A stretch of DNA of 63,684 bases, counting the filler, from Octopus bimaculoides (taxonomy: Eukaryota), in the NCBI RefSeq assembly GCF_001194135.2. It is 5 parts of 5 records of this genome, joined end to end, with 100 filler letters (N's around TTAATTAATTAA, not from the genome) between each part and the next. Parts side by side here need not be neighbours in the genome. Positions count along the whole stretch, not along the records: positions 1 to 24,724 come from NC_068983.1; positions 24,825 to 42,085 come from NC_068993.1; 3 more parts are not named here. One strand, 5' to 3'. The notes under the pieces are model-generated. The model did not search any database and was not told where the DNA came from. It saw nothing but the letters and a program-made list of their open reading frames with translations. The translations under genes were made by a program, and so were the position numbers. Every line of letters starts with the position of its first letter. Positions within the stretch are counted from its first letter, which is position 1. Positions 14,138 through 25,805 of the stretch are shown in pieces.

Positions 14138-14733
14138 TAAACAATGAAAGGCCAATTTTGGTGATTCATTTGACAGAGGTAGAAGAGAGCCAATCCGATG
14201 ATAAATCTGACCTTGGATCTTGAAAGTTTGCATAAATCCTGGTTCAGTTAAATCTCTTGTGGCTCCAAATGATGCCATCTGTAGTGCAGCATTGTATTGC
14301 CTAATTTTGTTTTGGAAGTGCTTGTAATTTTGGTCAGTTGATGACAACAGTTTCTTCAATGGCTCTGGAGAGTGGGGAACTGCAGGGAGTTTCACCTTTC
14401 CACTACTGCATCACAGTGCAGCTGTCTCTCCAGGCCACTTCCTTGCTTTACAATGAATGCAGTCAGTTGTCGTTGCACTACTGGAATTTCTAGTGTCATG
14501 TGCATAATGAACTAGTGGATTATATTTGAAAGCTGTTTCATAGAAGTTGTTGCAACTGCTCTTCATTCTGCAGTGGAGATCCTATTCCTTGTCAGCCGTG
14601 CATACCTTTGTTCATCACTTTGAGATGCTCTGGCTTTTGTAGTGCACAGTTCGTTCGTTTCTTGGTATGCTTCCCTTTCTGCAGCTGTCCCTCTTTCTCT
14701 GAATAGAGACACTCTTTTGACTGACCTTGACAT
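14138..14733 (-). pseudogene. Helitron Rep-helicase N-terminal fragment
   Basis: CIHCKARKWPGETAAL*CSSGKVKLP zinc-finger-like motif, then IRQYNAALQMASFGA and TFKIQGQIYHRIGSLLP, typical of the Helitron RepHel N-terminus; stops and a frameshift. Confidence 0.88.
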
Positions 14734-14962
14734 TGTAGACTAATTTGACACTTACCTTCTAAGCATGGTTATATACGTATACAGAAATACACGGGTGCAG
14801 AAGATAGTAAACAATGAAAATAACTGGTTAACGGAAATTATATTTCTTAATACGACAGGCAGAACGTAAATAATAAATTTTTACGGAAAATAAAGAATTG
14901 CACGGGCTGAAGCGAAATTTTTCACTCATTGAAACAAAGAGCCAGTATCGAAGGAACCAGTT

Positions 14963-15250
14963 AACAACAGAAAAACACAAAACTGTTGCAAAAGTAAATA
15001 AGAAATTTATAGTGAAATTAACTAAGTGTATGGATTTAAGTGAAATTTTTGAAGTTACCCCTGTCAGCAAATCATGGACGTACTTTTATCAGTAATTCCG
15101 TCAACAACAACAAAAAAAGAAAGCAGAAAACGTTGCAGAAGTAAATAAGAAATTTGTAGGCAAATTTAACGAAGTGTACGAATTGAAGTGACATTTATGA
15201 AGTTACTCATGTCAGTAAATTATGTAAGAAATTATTTTCATCAGTAATTG
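14963..15250. repeat. Imperfect tandem duplication, period ~147 bp
   Basis: gtaaataagaaattt at 14994 and 15141; gaagttac..tgtcag and atcagtaatt are also repeated. Confidence 0.8.
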
Positions 15251-15448
15251 TGAACTTCTTTTTGTCAGTAATTTGTCGTTGTTGCTTGTAAATAGCGATT
15301 GAAAACTTACAGTGAAAACAATAGCAATTGAAGTTAAAGTGAAAACAATTAGCGTCTGAAAAATGAAAATGAAAAAAATAGAGAGTGAAATATATAGAGA
15401 GGAGGCGAGAGTTAGCTAACTAGGGCTGGCTAGTTACACAAATAAGCT

Positions 15449-15449
<1 letters not shown>

Positions 15450-15508
<59 letters not shown>

Positions 15509-15565
15509 ATAGATACATACATACATACATACATACATACATACATACATACATACATACATACC
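15450..15565. repeat. (ATAG)n(ACAT)n compound tetranucleotide microsatellite
   Basis: Directly visible. Confidence 0.97.
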
Positions 15566-17075
15566 TAGAGATAGATAGATATAGAGATAGAGACGGACAT
15601 AGAGATATAGAGAGATAGAGATACGTGTGAAAAGCGAATGCATACACATCTCTATGTAATATATTAGGTGAGACTGTGATAATTTTTTGACCGATGGATG
15701 TAAGGGATACAATCAATTTCTGAAAGTTACTTCACAAAGTTTCCTCTCCTCTCCCAGGAACGGTTATTTTCTGCCCCCAGGGGGTCTGTTACTCATTATG
15801 TGAAAAATTGCAAGAGTCTAAAACCGTCTTTGGAATAAAAGTAATATATTTTCCCAGTTCGGAGAAAATCAGTTGAAAAATAGCACCGATATAATCTTTT
15901 ACTCTCACATACACAACGGCAAAAGGATTTATATTATAGATATATATACATATACAAACACATATACGGATGTATGCGCGTGCGCGTGTTTGTGTGTATG
16001 TATACATTAAAAATCATATTAAACAAGCTTAGAAGCGTTGTGTGGGATGGTATTTACAAAAAACAGTGTAAATTTCGAATGCAGGATAGTTGTAAAAAAA
16101 AACTTGAAAGTTGAGTGGGTACCTTTTTCAGTCTTCTAAATTTGTAAGTTGCTTTCTTTCACAGATATTCTGCATTTGAAATTTTCTATAACATATATAT
16201 ACATATGTATATACATAATCGTTAACTTCTTACAAAATCTTTTAGAAATTTGTAAGCTGCTAGGTCTTTCTATATCGTATTCACCTGAAAATTTAACTAA
16301 CAGTGCTACAAATGTTACTGTTTGATTTTTAAAAGACAAAAAAAAATCATACTTCAAAACGAAGAGCAGCTATCGATATTACATATAAAATTTAGTAGAT
16401 CTCAAATAATACAGACAAAAGTCAGCAATAAAACCTTTTATTGATTGTATTATAATTAAGATTTAAACAGATTTCGTCTAAAGCGTTTTGAAAGTATTCA
16501 AGATATTTCCAATTCAATTTAGCACAATTAGAAGACATTCCTTTCAACAGATTCACACAGGTCGATCGATGAAATCTAATCAAACTAATTTTTTTTCTCA
16601 CGAATNNNNNNNNNNNNNNNNNNNNNNNNNNNNNNNNNNNNNNNNNNNNNNNNNNNNNNNNNNNNNNNNNNNNNNNNNNNNNNNNNNNNNNNNNNNNNNN
16701 NNNNNNNNNNNNNNNNNNNNNNNNNNNNNNNNNNNNNNNNNNNNNNNNNNNNNNNNNNNNNNNNNNNNNNNNNNNNNNNNNNNNNNNNNNNNNNNNNNNN
16801 NNNNNNNNNNNNNNNNNNNNNNNNNNNNNNNNNNNNNNNNNNNNNNNNNNNNNNNNNNNNNNNNNNNNNNNNNNNNNNNNNNNNNNNNNNNNNNNNNNNN
16901 NNNNNNNNNNNNNNNNNNNNNNNNNNNNNNNNNNNNNNNNTGTATATATATATTTAAGTATATACGTATAAGTATATACATTTTTAATACATATATATCT
17001 TTTATATATGTATATATGCTTATGTACGAATATGATTAGATAGGTGGATAGATAGATAGATAGATACATACATAT

Positions 17076-17106
<31 letters not shown>

Positions 17107-17385
17107 CATACATACATATAATCATTCTTATATACATACATATACATATATACAAACATACATACATTCATACATATATACATACATATTAGAAATATGT
17201 ACAAAAGTAATTATAATTTACGTCTTCTTCGCAGTTTCACATATAAGTATACTGACATATACGCACACACATATATTTATGTGTGTGTGTGTATGTACAT
17301 ATGTGTATATATATGCATGTGTTTATGTCTGTATGTCTGTATCTATCTATTTACGTGTCCATCTATATATATATGCATGTATGTA

Positions 17386-17420
<35 letters not shown>

Positions 17421-18439
17421 ATAAACATACATACACACATACAAACATACATACGTACATATATATACATACATACATGCATGCATGCATGCATACATAC
17501 ATACATACATACATACATACATACATACATACATACATACTTACTTACACACANNNNNNNNNNNNNNNNNNNNNNNNNNNNNNNNNNNNNNNNNNNNNNN
17601 NNNNNNNNNNNNNNNNNNNNNNNNNNNNNNNNNNNNNNNNNNNNNNNNNNNNNNNNNNNNNNNNNNNNNNNNNNNNNNNNNNNNNNNNNNNNNNNNNNNN
17701 NNNNNNNNNNNNNNNNNNNNNNNNNNNNNNNNNNNNNNNNNNNNNNNNNNNNNNNNNNNNNNNNNNNNNNNNNNNNNNNNNNNNNNNNNNNNNNNNNNNN
17801 NNNNNNNNNNNNNNNNNNNNNNNNNNNNNNNNNNNNNNNNNNNNTATATATACATACATACATGCATGCATGCATGCATACATACATACATACATACATA
17901 CATACATACATACATACATACATACTTACTTACACACATATTGGAGTGCAGCTTCATAAATCTGTTTCGGACATTTTGGCATCTATGTAATTTGATGAAA
18001 TTCTTGAAGTGGAAAAAAGAAGGTCAAGGAGAATGCGAAAACGTAAGATGAAAGGATTAACAATACTCTTTGTCGAGTAAGTAACCTAATTTGTAAATGT
18101 GACCTTCGAAATCCAAATTTGGGAACAAACCTACCGTTTAGAGTTAGTATCAAGAGACGGAGAGAGAATTTGGAATAGAATGTAATGAATGACTAATATG
18201 AAAGCTAATCGTCCGAAATAATGCAACAACAATAGAAATAGGCTGCATAAATTAAGAGCGAAAATTTGCGAAGCATAGTAATCTAGATTACGATATAAAT
18301 AGGGTCGAAAATGAAGATAGCTGGCAGAATCATTAGAGCATCAGAGAGAAAAATGTTTTTCAGACTATCTTCTGGCTCTTTACAATCCGAGTTCAAACCT
18401 TGTCAAAGTCAACTTTGCCTTCCATCATTACAGGCACAG

Positions 18440-18575
18440 AAGTGTATGTGTGGTTTAGAAACTTGCTTGCTTTGTTGCGACGTAGTTTCGGGTTCAGTTT
18501 CCCTATGTGACACCTTAAGCAAAAATCCTCTAGCATATCCTCAGGTCGACCAATACCCTGTCACTGTATTAGTGA
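18440..18575 (+). mobile_element. SINE family B, degenerate
   Basis: tttcgggttcagtttccctatgtgacaccttaagcaaaaatcctctagca...caggtcgaccaataccc. Confidence 0.6.
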
Positions 18576-18618
18576 ACTGAAGCTGTGTGGAACGTTGTCG
18601 TGTGTGTGTGTATGTGTG

Positions 18619-18650
<32 letters not shown>

Positions 18651-21186
18651 TGCGTGCGAGCGCGCATGTTTGTGTGTGTTTGTGTGTGTGTATCCTTCTG
18701 TTTTTGTTTGTCGTCACACACCACTTGACAAACAGTGTTGGTTTGTTTGCATCCCCGTAATGGTTCGGCAAACGATATCGACAGAAGTACCAGACTTGAG
18801 CCAGCATATGTATATATACACTTTTATTACATATTCCTCTTATTAGAAGTTTTTTACCATTAATATTCTATTATTAGTCTTCAATTATAAAATACTTTAA
18901 TAATATTCTATTACTAGGTATATGTTTTCAATTATTACGTTCTGACTTGTCTCACTCCTTGATATACTGATTTTGGGGGCACTTTAAATTCATAGCCATT
19001 CCCTATACCTTTCGTATAAGACTGCATATATTGTTCTTTTCGGTATATCGCTGTCTTATTCTCTACTATCCTACTTTCTTCTTTTTTCGCAATTCTTTCT
19101 TCTCTCTCTGATCGTTAAAGTTTTTCTTTCAAACTATCCTGAGATGCCCAATCCAGCTGATTTGTGAAACCCTGCGCGACGATATACAATTTTAATACAA
19201 TCTAACCTCATCGAATAGACAACTATCTTAATATACAAGTTAACTGATAAATCTAGCTTCAAAAATGATCTTGTCAATTGATTCAGTAAAACCGTTATCT
19301 TTGCACTTAGTTTCATCCACTTTTCTAACAACCTCCACTTATAAAAATATGAATTCCTCCGACCAAATTGCATGTGTATTTATGTAAGTGAATTCATCGA
19401 TGTTTTACTCGTGTTAAGTTCTTTGTTCTGTCATTATGAAATGATAGTGGTTTTACATTATATAATCAGTATTACATTATCATTTCTCATATTCATGTTT
19501 TCTAAATTTTTAAAGGATTTATTTATCCCATACCTTGTTGAAACAGCTGTAACCCAGGAATTAATGAGGTACCAGCTTCTGTATTCTTTCATACGTTTTA
19601 TACTCAATAACTAAGAAATTTTCATTTTTGGGCGAAACACAGGCTTCTAGTAAAGCATTGATTCAGTCTATACATTACGCACAGTTTCTACTTCTCTTTT
19701 CATTTGATGCGCGTGTGGTATGCATGTGTGTATGGATGAACCGATAGTTCGATGGACGGACATACTGGTGATGAAAATATATGCAAAATAATATTATCTA
19801 AGGAGTACTAAATTTTTATAGTCAACAAGTAGCACATCAATGCTACCCCACAATAGCTAATAGGCTAGTTTCTCGAATTGTGCACAAATAATATTCGGGA
19901 CATGCGTGAACATCTAATAATTATAGTATCACGTTAGTTAATGAGGTTCGATCAACACCTAATCAACTTACACCTAATCAAATATGCAAACTTATCTTCA
20001 GCGTCTCTACCCCTATAAGACTGAGCGGTGGGTGTAGTTGGCCAAGTAGCTTTATATTCAATATTTTTATTAACAAGTCTAAATCGCCCGTAGTAAACTA
20101 GTTAATGATTGAAATGTGCTTCAGATCCAACTTATTTTTATCGTTGTGTTAAAAATATCCGAGTTAATTTTGTTGCTGCTCTACCTAGATTTAAAATGGT
20201 TAGAGTTAGCGCAAATATATGCATGCACTTTGTCTAGTACATGCACATTATATATATGCAATGTCCTTTTCTAAAGCAATGTGCAGCAAGTTGACAAAGG
20301 AGCATATTTTACTCTATTTAATGTGATAGAATAGCCAGGTGTAGTAGAGTTACTGTTATAACTGTGTGTGTCATTACATTGGTTATTAGCTCTCAGTTAT
20401 GTCTTTCTTTAGGTGGTTAGATGTATATGTAGCACTAGAGACCACAGGGGTTATATTGCCGTCAGTCCGCATGGAGGATTAAACCAGACCACAAATTTCT
20501 TTGTCAGTTCGGTTAAGATGAATGTCAAGTGATTAATATTATGATTAGAAACCTCAATTTTAAACTTATTATTATCAATTTCAGGCCTTATCTCACTTAT
20601 TGTATCATAATAGGTATTTATATTGCTATCTTTATGATTGCAATTATCAGAGAAATTAATAGTTTAATTTTTTTACTGGTTACAATGTATAGATTAGTGA
20701 ATAATGTTAATAATAATCTTCCTATTGTTATCATTATCTCTTGTACAACCATCATTATATATATATATATATATATTTACGCACATATACATACATACAT
20801 ATACACATATATATATATCTATATATTTATATATAATATTATATTATATGTATTTATTTTCTCTTAGTTAATAATTAACTCCGACAAAATAAATTGGTTA
20901 ATAGATACCAGGGTAGCAAAGATCACAAAATGACTGTGGTGTTACTCCTGTTTATGAGGTAGACACTCGCTGTTATTTTGGGCATTTGAGTAAATATAAA
21001 AATTTAATAAATGGAGTAATACGCATATGTTAAATGAATTCTTTTATTTCCGACATATGTTTCAAATATTACAAATGGTTCCTTCTAAAGGAATAAGCGA
21101 TGTTGATAAACATGTAATCTTCTCTTCAGGGAAATACATAGGATCCAACTTAACCGTAAGATATTTTAACCGAATGAGGTAACTGT

Positions 21187-21365
21187 CCTCGGAATTTCTA
21201 CGAAGTAATCCCCCTACTCGGAACTTTCCAGGAAGTAATTCACCCCCTCCTCGGAGATTTCCAGGAAGTAATTCCTCCCCCTGCTGGGAATTTTCCAGGA
21301 AGTAATTCCTCCCCATCCTCGGAACTTTCCAGGACGTAATTCCTCCCCCTCCTCGGAACTTTCCA
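21187..21365. repeat. 33-34 bp minisatellite, ~5.4 copies
   Basis: Unit approximately ctcggaactttccaggaagtaattcctccccctc. Confidence 0.9.
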
Positions 21366-22139
21366 TAGCAGCCAAATCTCACTCAAAACTCCCTACTGTA
21401 TTAATGCGACAATTATACGTATTACGTAGTTTGAATGAGAAACTGTAAGGTGTGTGAGCAACTGGTTGCGTTAATGGTCGAAGAAAGGGAAATTGTATTA
21501 GAAAAAGCTTTAATCGCTGTTCTCGGTAAGTATGGGGGCTAGGAAAAATGGAAGAGGCATTAAGAAGTTGACGTTAAGAATTACTTTAACAGGAAAGGAT
21601 GCTGCAAGAATTAACGGGGAAATTGTATGTAAGAATCAATTTAAGAAAAGTGGAGATAAAAGCTAAATGAAGAAATATGGAATAAGTAATTGTTATACGC
21701 TTACAGAAAAACAATTCATATTATAGAATAGATACATACCTGTTGAAGACGAAAATGTATGTGAGAGCTATTATATTGGACGTGTGTATAATCACAGAGA
21801 AAGTGAAAGACATATGAAATAGACGTGTGTGCGTATGTGTGCGTGTGTTTTTTGCAGCTAATTTGGCGGGAATTTTGCAGTCAGCAAGAGATGGTTTGTG
21901 TTTTATCTCTCGATCAATGGCCGGACAAGTGAAAATATTTTTTTAATATGTTTTGGGGAAAGGGGATCTTTTGAAGTGGGCGTCAAATGAAAAGAGACAT
22001 GGACAGTTTTATGACTGAACTTCTTTTGAAGTTGACGTGAGACGGAAGAATTGATGTGCATGCGTATGTCTGTGTGTGTGTGTATGTTTGATGGGATGTA
22101 CGGGACAGAGAGAGTAATGTTGATGGTGCGTGTGTATAT

Positions 22140-22148
22140 GAGAAAGAG

Positions 22149-22207
<59 letters not shown>

Positions 22208-22255
22208 GAGAAAGAAGGAAAGAAAGAAAGAAAGAAAGAAAGAAAGAGAGAAAGA
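22140..22255. repeat. (GAAA)n microsatellite
   Basis: Directly visible. Confidence 0.95.
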
Positions 22256-23153
22256 TATCTGAATTTTTTCTATTCAGTTTTTGTAGTGAGTGAATGTATG
22301 AGTGATTGACAGAGAAAAANNNNNNNNNNNNNNNNNNNNNNNNNNNNNNNNNNNNNNNNNNNNNNNNNNNNNNNNNNNNNNNNNNNNNNNNNNNNNNNNN
22401 NNNNNNNNNNNNNNNNNNNNNNNNNNNNNNNNNNNNNNNNNNNNNNNNNNNNNNNNNNNNNNNNNNNNNNNNNNNNNNNNNNNNNNNNNNNNNNNNNNNN
22501 NNNNNNNNNNNNNNNNNNNNNNNNNNNNNNNNNNNNNNNNNNNNNNNNNNNNNNNNNNNNNNNNNNNNNNNNNNNNNNNNNNNNNNNNNNNNNNNNNNNN
22601 NNNNNNNNNNNNNNNNNNNNNNNNNNNNNNNNNNNNNNNNNNNNNNNNNNNNNNNNNNNNNNNNNNNNNNNNNNNNNNNNNNNNNNNNNNNNNNNNNNNN
22701 NNNNNNNNNNNNNNNNNNNNNNNNNNNNNNNNNNNNNNNNNNNNNNNNNNNNNNNNNNNNNNNNNNNNNNNNNNNNNNNNNNNNNNNNNNNNNNNNNNNN
22801 NNNNNNNNNNNNNNNNNNNNNNNNNNNNNNNNNNNNNNNNNNNNNNNNNNNNNNNNNNNNNNNNNNNNNNNNNNNNNNNNNNNNNNNNNNNNNNNNNNNN
22901 NNNNNNNNNNNNNNNNNNNNNNNNNNNNNNNNNNNNNNNNNNNNNNNNNNNNNNNNNNNNNNNNNNNNNNNNNNNNNNNNNNNNNNNNNNNNNNNNNNNN
23001 NNNNNNNNNNNNNNNNNNNNNNNNNNNNNNNNNNNNNNNNNNNNNNNNNNNNNNNNNNNNNNNNNNNNNNNNNNNNNNNNNNNNNNNNNNNNNNNNNNNN
23101 NNNNNNNNNNNNNNNNNNNNNNNNNNNNNNNNNNNNNNNNNNNNNNNNNNNNN

Positions 23154-23328
23154 ATATACATTAAGTGCCGACTACATAAACAAACGATTCTTCGTTTTAT
23201 TTGCTTTTTTCATTTTAAATTTGCTTTAACCCTAACCCTAACCCTAGGGTTAGGGTTAGGGTTAGAGTTAGGGTTAGGGTTAATTGTTTCAGAATCGTTT
23301 GTTTATGTAGTCGGCACTTAATGTATAT
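23154..23328. mobile_element. Fold-back/MITE-like element with internal inverted telomeric hexamers
   Basis: 23154-23191 is the exact reverse complement of 23291-23328 (38 bp); the centre has (TAACCC)n followed by (TTAGGG)n; the left side is cut by a gap. Confidence 0.8.
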
Positions 23329-23984
23329 CGGCTGAATGGACGTCAGTGATTGGTTGAAATTACAGAAATACGACAACTTTAACATGGAATAATTTATGGA
23401 TTTCTTTTTTTTTTTAAGAAGACTAAGAGAAAAAGATGTTTTATATGACACATTCTACCAGTGTTCCAAGTTTCAAAGTGTTTCGTTAATGAAAAATGTG
23501 GCCCCCGTTTTAAAAAAGATCCGGAGCATCTAACAATACTTAAGATAAGCCCACTGTATTTCATCCCATGTGTATATCTTGGGTTTGCTTCACTACATTA
23601 TAAATATTACAATATAACCAAGACAATTGCAATGAACCTGGGTATTAGTACATCTACATATTTTTTTTTATTTCTACAGTCAATTATACAGCATTATACC
23701 TTTATTTAATTGCCGATTCTCAAGCGATCGTCGTCTCTGAGCAGTTAAACCACGTGTTTATTTTTCCCGATATAAGAATGGGTTTTTTTTTCTTTTTTTT
23801 TTTTACTGGCCTCAGTGGGACGTAGTGATACAACACCAAGGGAAGATTTTATTTTTGTTTTTAACAGCAGGGTTTCATGCCCGACTATTAGCAGTCCATT
23901 AAAATCTCTTAGAATCATTAGTATTTTATTAAAGGGTCCCGAATTGTATTAATTTGGTGGTGATGTGAATGATAGGGGAGCAAA

Positions 23985-24232
23985 TAGAGCTGCTGCTGCT
24001 GCTGCTGATGCTGCTGATGATGATGATGATGATGACGACGATTCAGCTGCAGCTGCTGCTGATACTGATGCTGCTGTTCTGGTAATAGTAATAATATTAA
24101 CAGCACTAACAGCAACATCACTACAGAAAGTAACCATAGTAACAGCAGTGATAAAAGTAATAATATCGAATATCATCATCATCATCATTATGAAAACCAT
24201 CATCATCGACAGTAGTAGTAGTAGTAGTAGTG

Positions 24233-24284
<52 letters not shown>

Positions 24285-24444
24285 AAGCAGCAGCAACAGC
24301 AGAACCAATTGTAGCAGCTAACAGCAACATAACACAAGCAATATACGCTACAGTTAAAAAGCTCGCAGTATCATACGAGCAGCAGTAACAGCTAGGTAGC
24401 AGCGCGCGCAAAGTACTATAGTAGTAGTAGTAGTAGTAGTAGTA

Positions 24445-24490
<46 letters not shown>

Positions 24491-24500
24491 GAGTGGCAGC
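23985..24500. repeat. Compound trinucleotide low-complexity tract (GCT/GAT/CAT/AGT)
   Basis: Directly visible. Confidence 0.9.
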
Positions 24501-24768
24501 GGCATCAGCAGCAGCACAAAACGAAATCTCTTATTACAGCACCTATAGCAACAACTACGAAGTGGTCGCAACATTTATGGTGGTCAGTAGAATTTTCAAA
24601 TACGAAAAAGAAATCTGTAACGCCAAGGAGATCCAATTAATTCATATATGACAGTTTTTGATGGTATACGTGAGCATGAATATATACACATATATATATA
24701 TATATATATGTATGTATATATATANNNNNNNNNNNNNNNNNNNNNNNNNNNNNNNNNNNNNNNNNNNN

Positions 24769-24780
24769 TTAATTAATTAA
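24769..24780. other. Artificial scaffold spacer TTAATTAATTAA inside Ns (also at 42130, 45245 and 47432)
   Basis: The same 12-mer, with stops in all six frames, is flanked by equal N runs in 100-bp blocks four times. Confidence 0.95.
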
Positions 24781-24824
24781 NNNNNNNNNNNNNNNNNNNN
24801 NNNNNNNNNNNNNNNNNNNNNNNN

Positions 24825-25190
24825 TTAAAAGAAATGGAAAAACTTTCAAAATACAAAGACCTGGAAATAGAGATAACTCGAATGTGGAATCTAAAAACAG
24901 AAACAATTCCTATCATAGTAGGTGCCTTAGGTATAATAAAAACATATTCAGACAAATACATAACAAAAACACCAGGACTTACAAATATATAACTTACAGA
25001 AAATTGCACTACTGGGTACTGCATACATTCTACGCAAAACACTTTCAATACAGTAAACATAAGAGCACCACAGCAAACCACAGCACATACCCAAGGCGCA
25101 CAGAGCTGCGCTCGGTAGTGAAGTGAAAGCACGTTATAAAAATAAAACTACTGAATAATAATAATAATAATAATGATAATAATAATAATA
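24825..25190 (+). mobile_element. 3' end of an RLE-type non-LTR retrotransposon (R4/Dong-like) with (AAT)n tail
   Basis: EKLSKYKDLEIEITRMWNLKTETIPIIVGALG, a frameshift, then QKIALLGTAYILRKTLSIQ* (stop at 25054-25056), a 3' UTR and (AAT)n from ~25155. Confidence 0.88.
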
Positions 25191-25721
25191 ACAACAACAA
25201 CAACAGCAACAGCAACAACAACATAAGTGGATACGAGAGAAATGTGTTTCTATTTTGAACGTTTATTTTACAGCAATACTTTACGTACAAAACTAAAAAT
25301 CAACAGCATATTCTGATAAAACCTGGAAGATTAATAACCCAGATGTGGATATATCGATAATCCCCAATAAACTAGCTAACATAAGTAGATATATTCTGAA
25401 AACGAAAAAAAGATATCAGAAATTGAAATCTTAAAGAAAAAAAAAAGTACATCAGAAAAATGCAAATAGCGCTCATGGAAAACTTGGCTGTATTAATACT
25501 GGGAATTTAAACTCGAAGATAACACGTCTGATAAGGCAGGTATCGTTGTAGGCGATCTACCACAAAACAAACTGCATCGAATAAATTTCTGATTAAATAA
25601 TTTGCAAGAAGTAACTGTGTTGTCTTTACACATGTTTTTATTGTGAAAATAGAGCCGAAAAAATTTACTTTGAAATGCGGTTGCCCGATCTCTCTGTCAG
25701 TTTGTTTTCTACTCTGTGCAC

Positions 25722-25761
<40 letters not shown>

Positions 25762-25762
25762 A

Positions 25763-25805
<43 letters not shown>

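Larger units (their letters stand above)
13877..15450 (-). mobile_element. Internally deleted Helitron
   Basis: Contains a Rep N-terminal pseudogene; GC-rich subterminal hairpin (cccgg...ccggg, 13887-13902) about 10 nt from the gap edge where the CTAG 3' terminus is expected; 5' end is uncertain and abuts (ATAG)n. Confidence 0.75.

Noticed and set aside
17455-17940. Apparent direct repeat on both sides of the gap 17554-17845
   Set aside because: The same SSR-rich sequence ends one contig and starts the next; most likely an unmerged overlap.
23227-23282. Ancestral telomere-telomere fusion site
   Set aside because: The repeat polarity is opposite to an end-to-end fusion, the tract is very short, and it is inside an inverted-repeat element.
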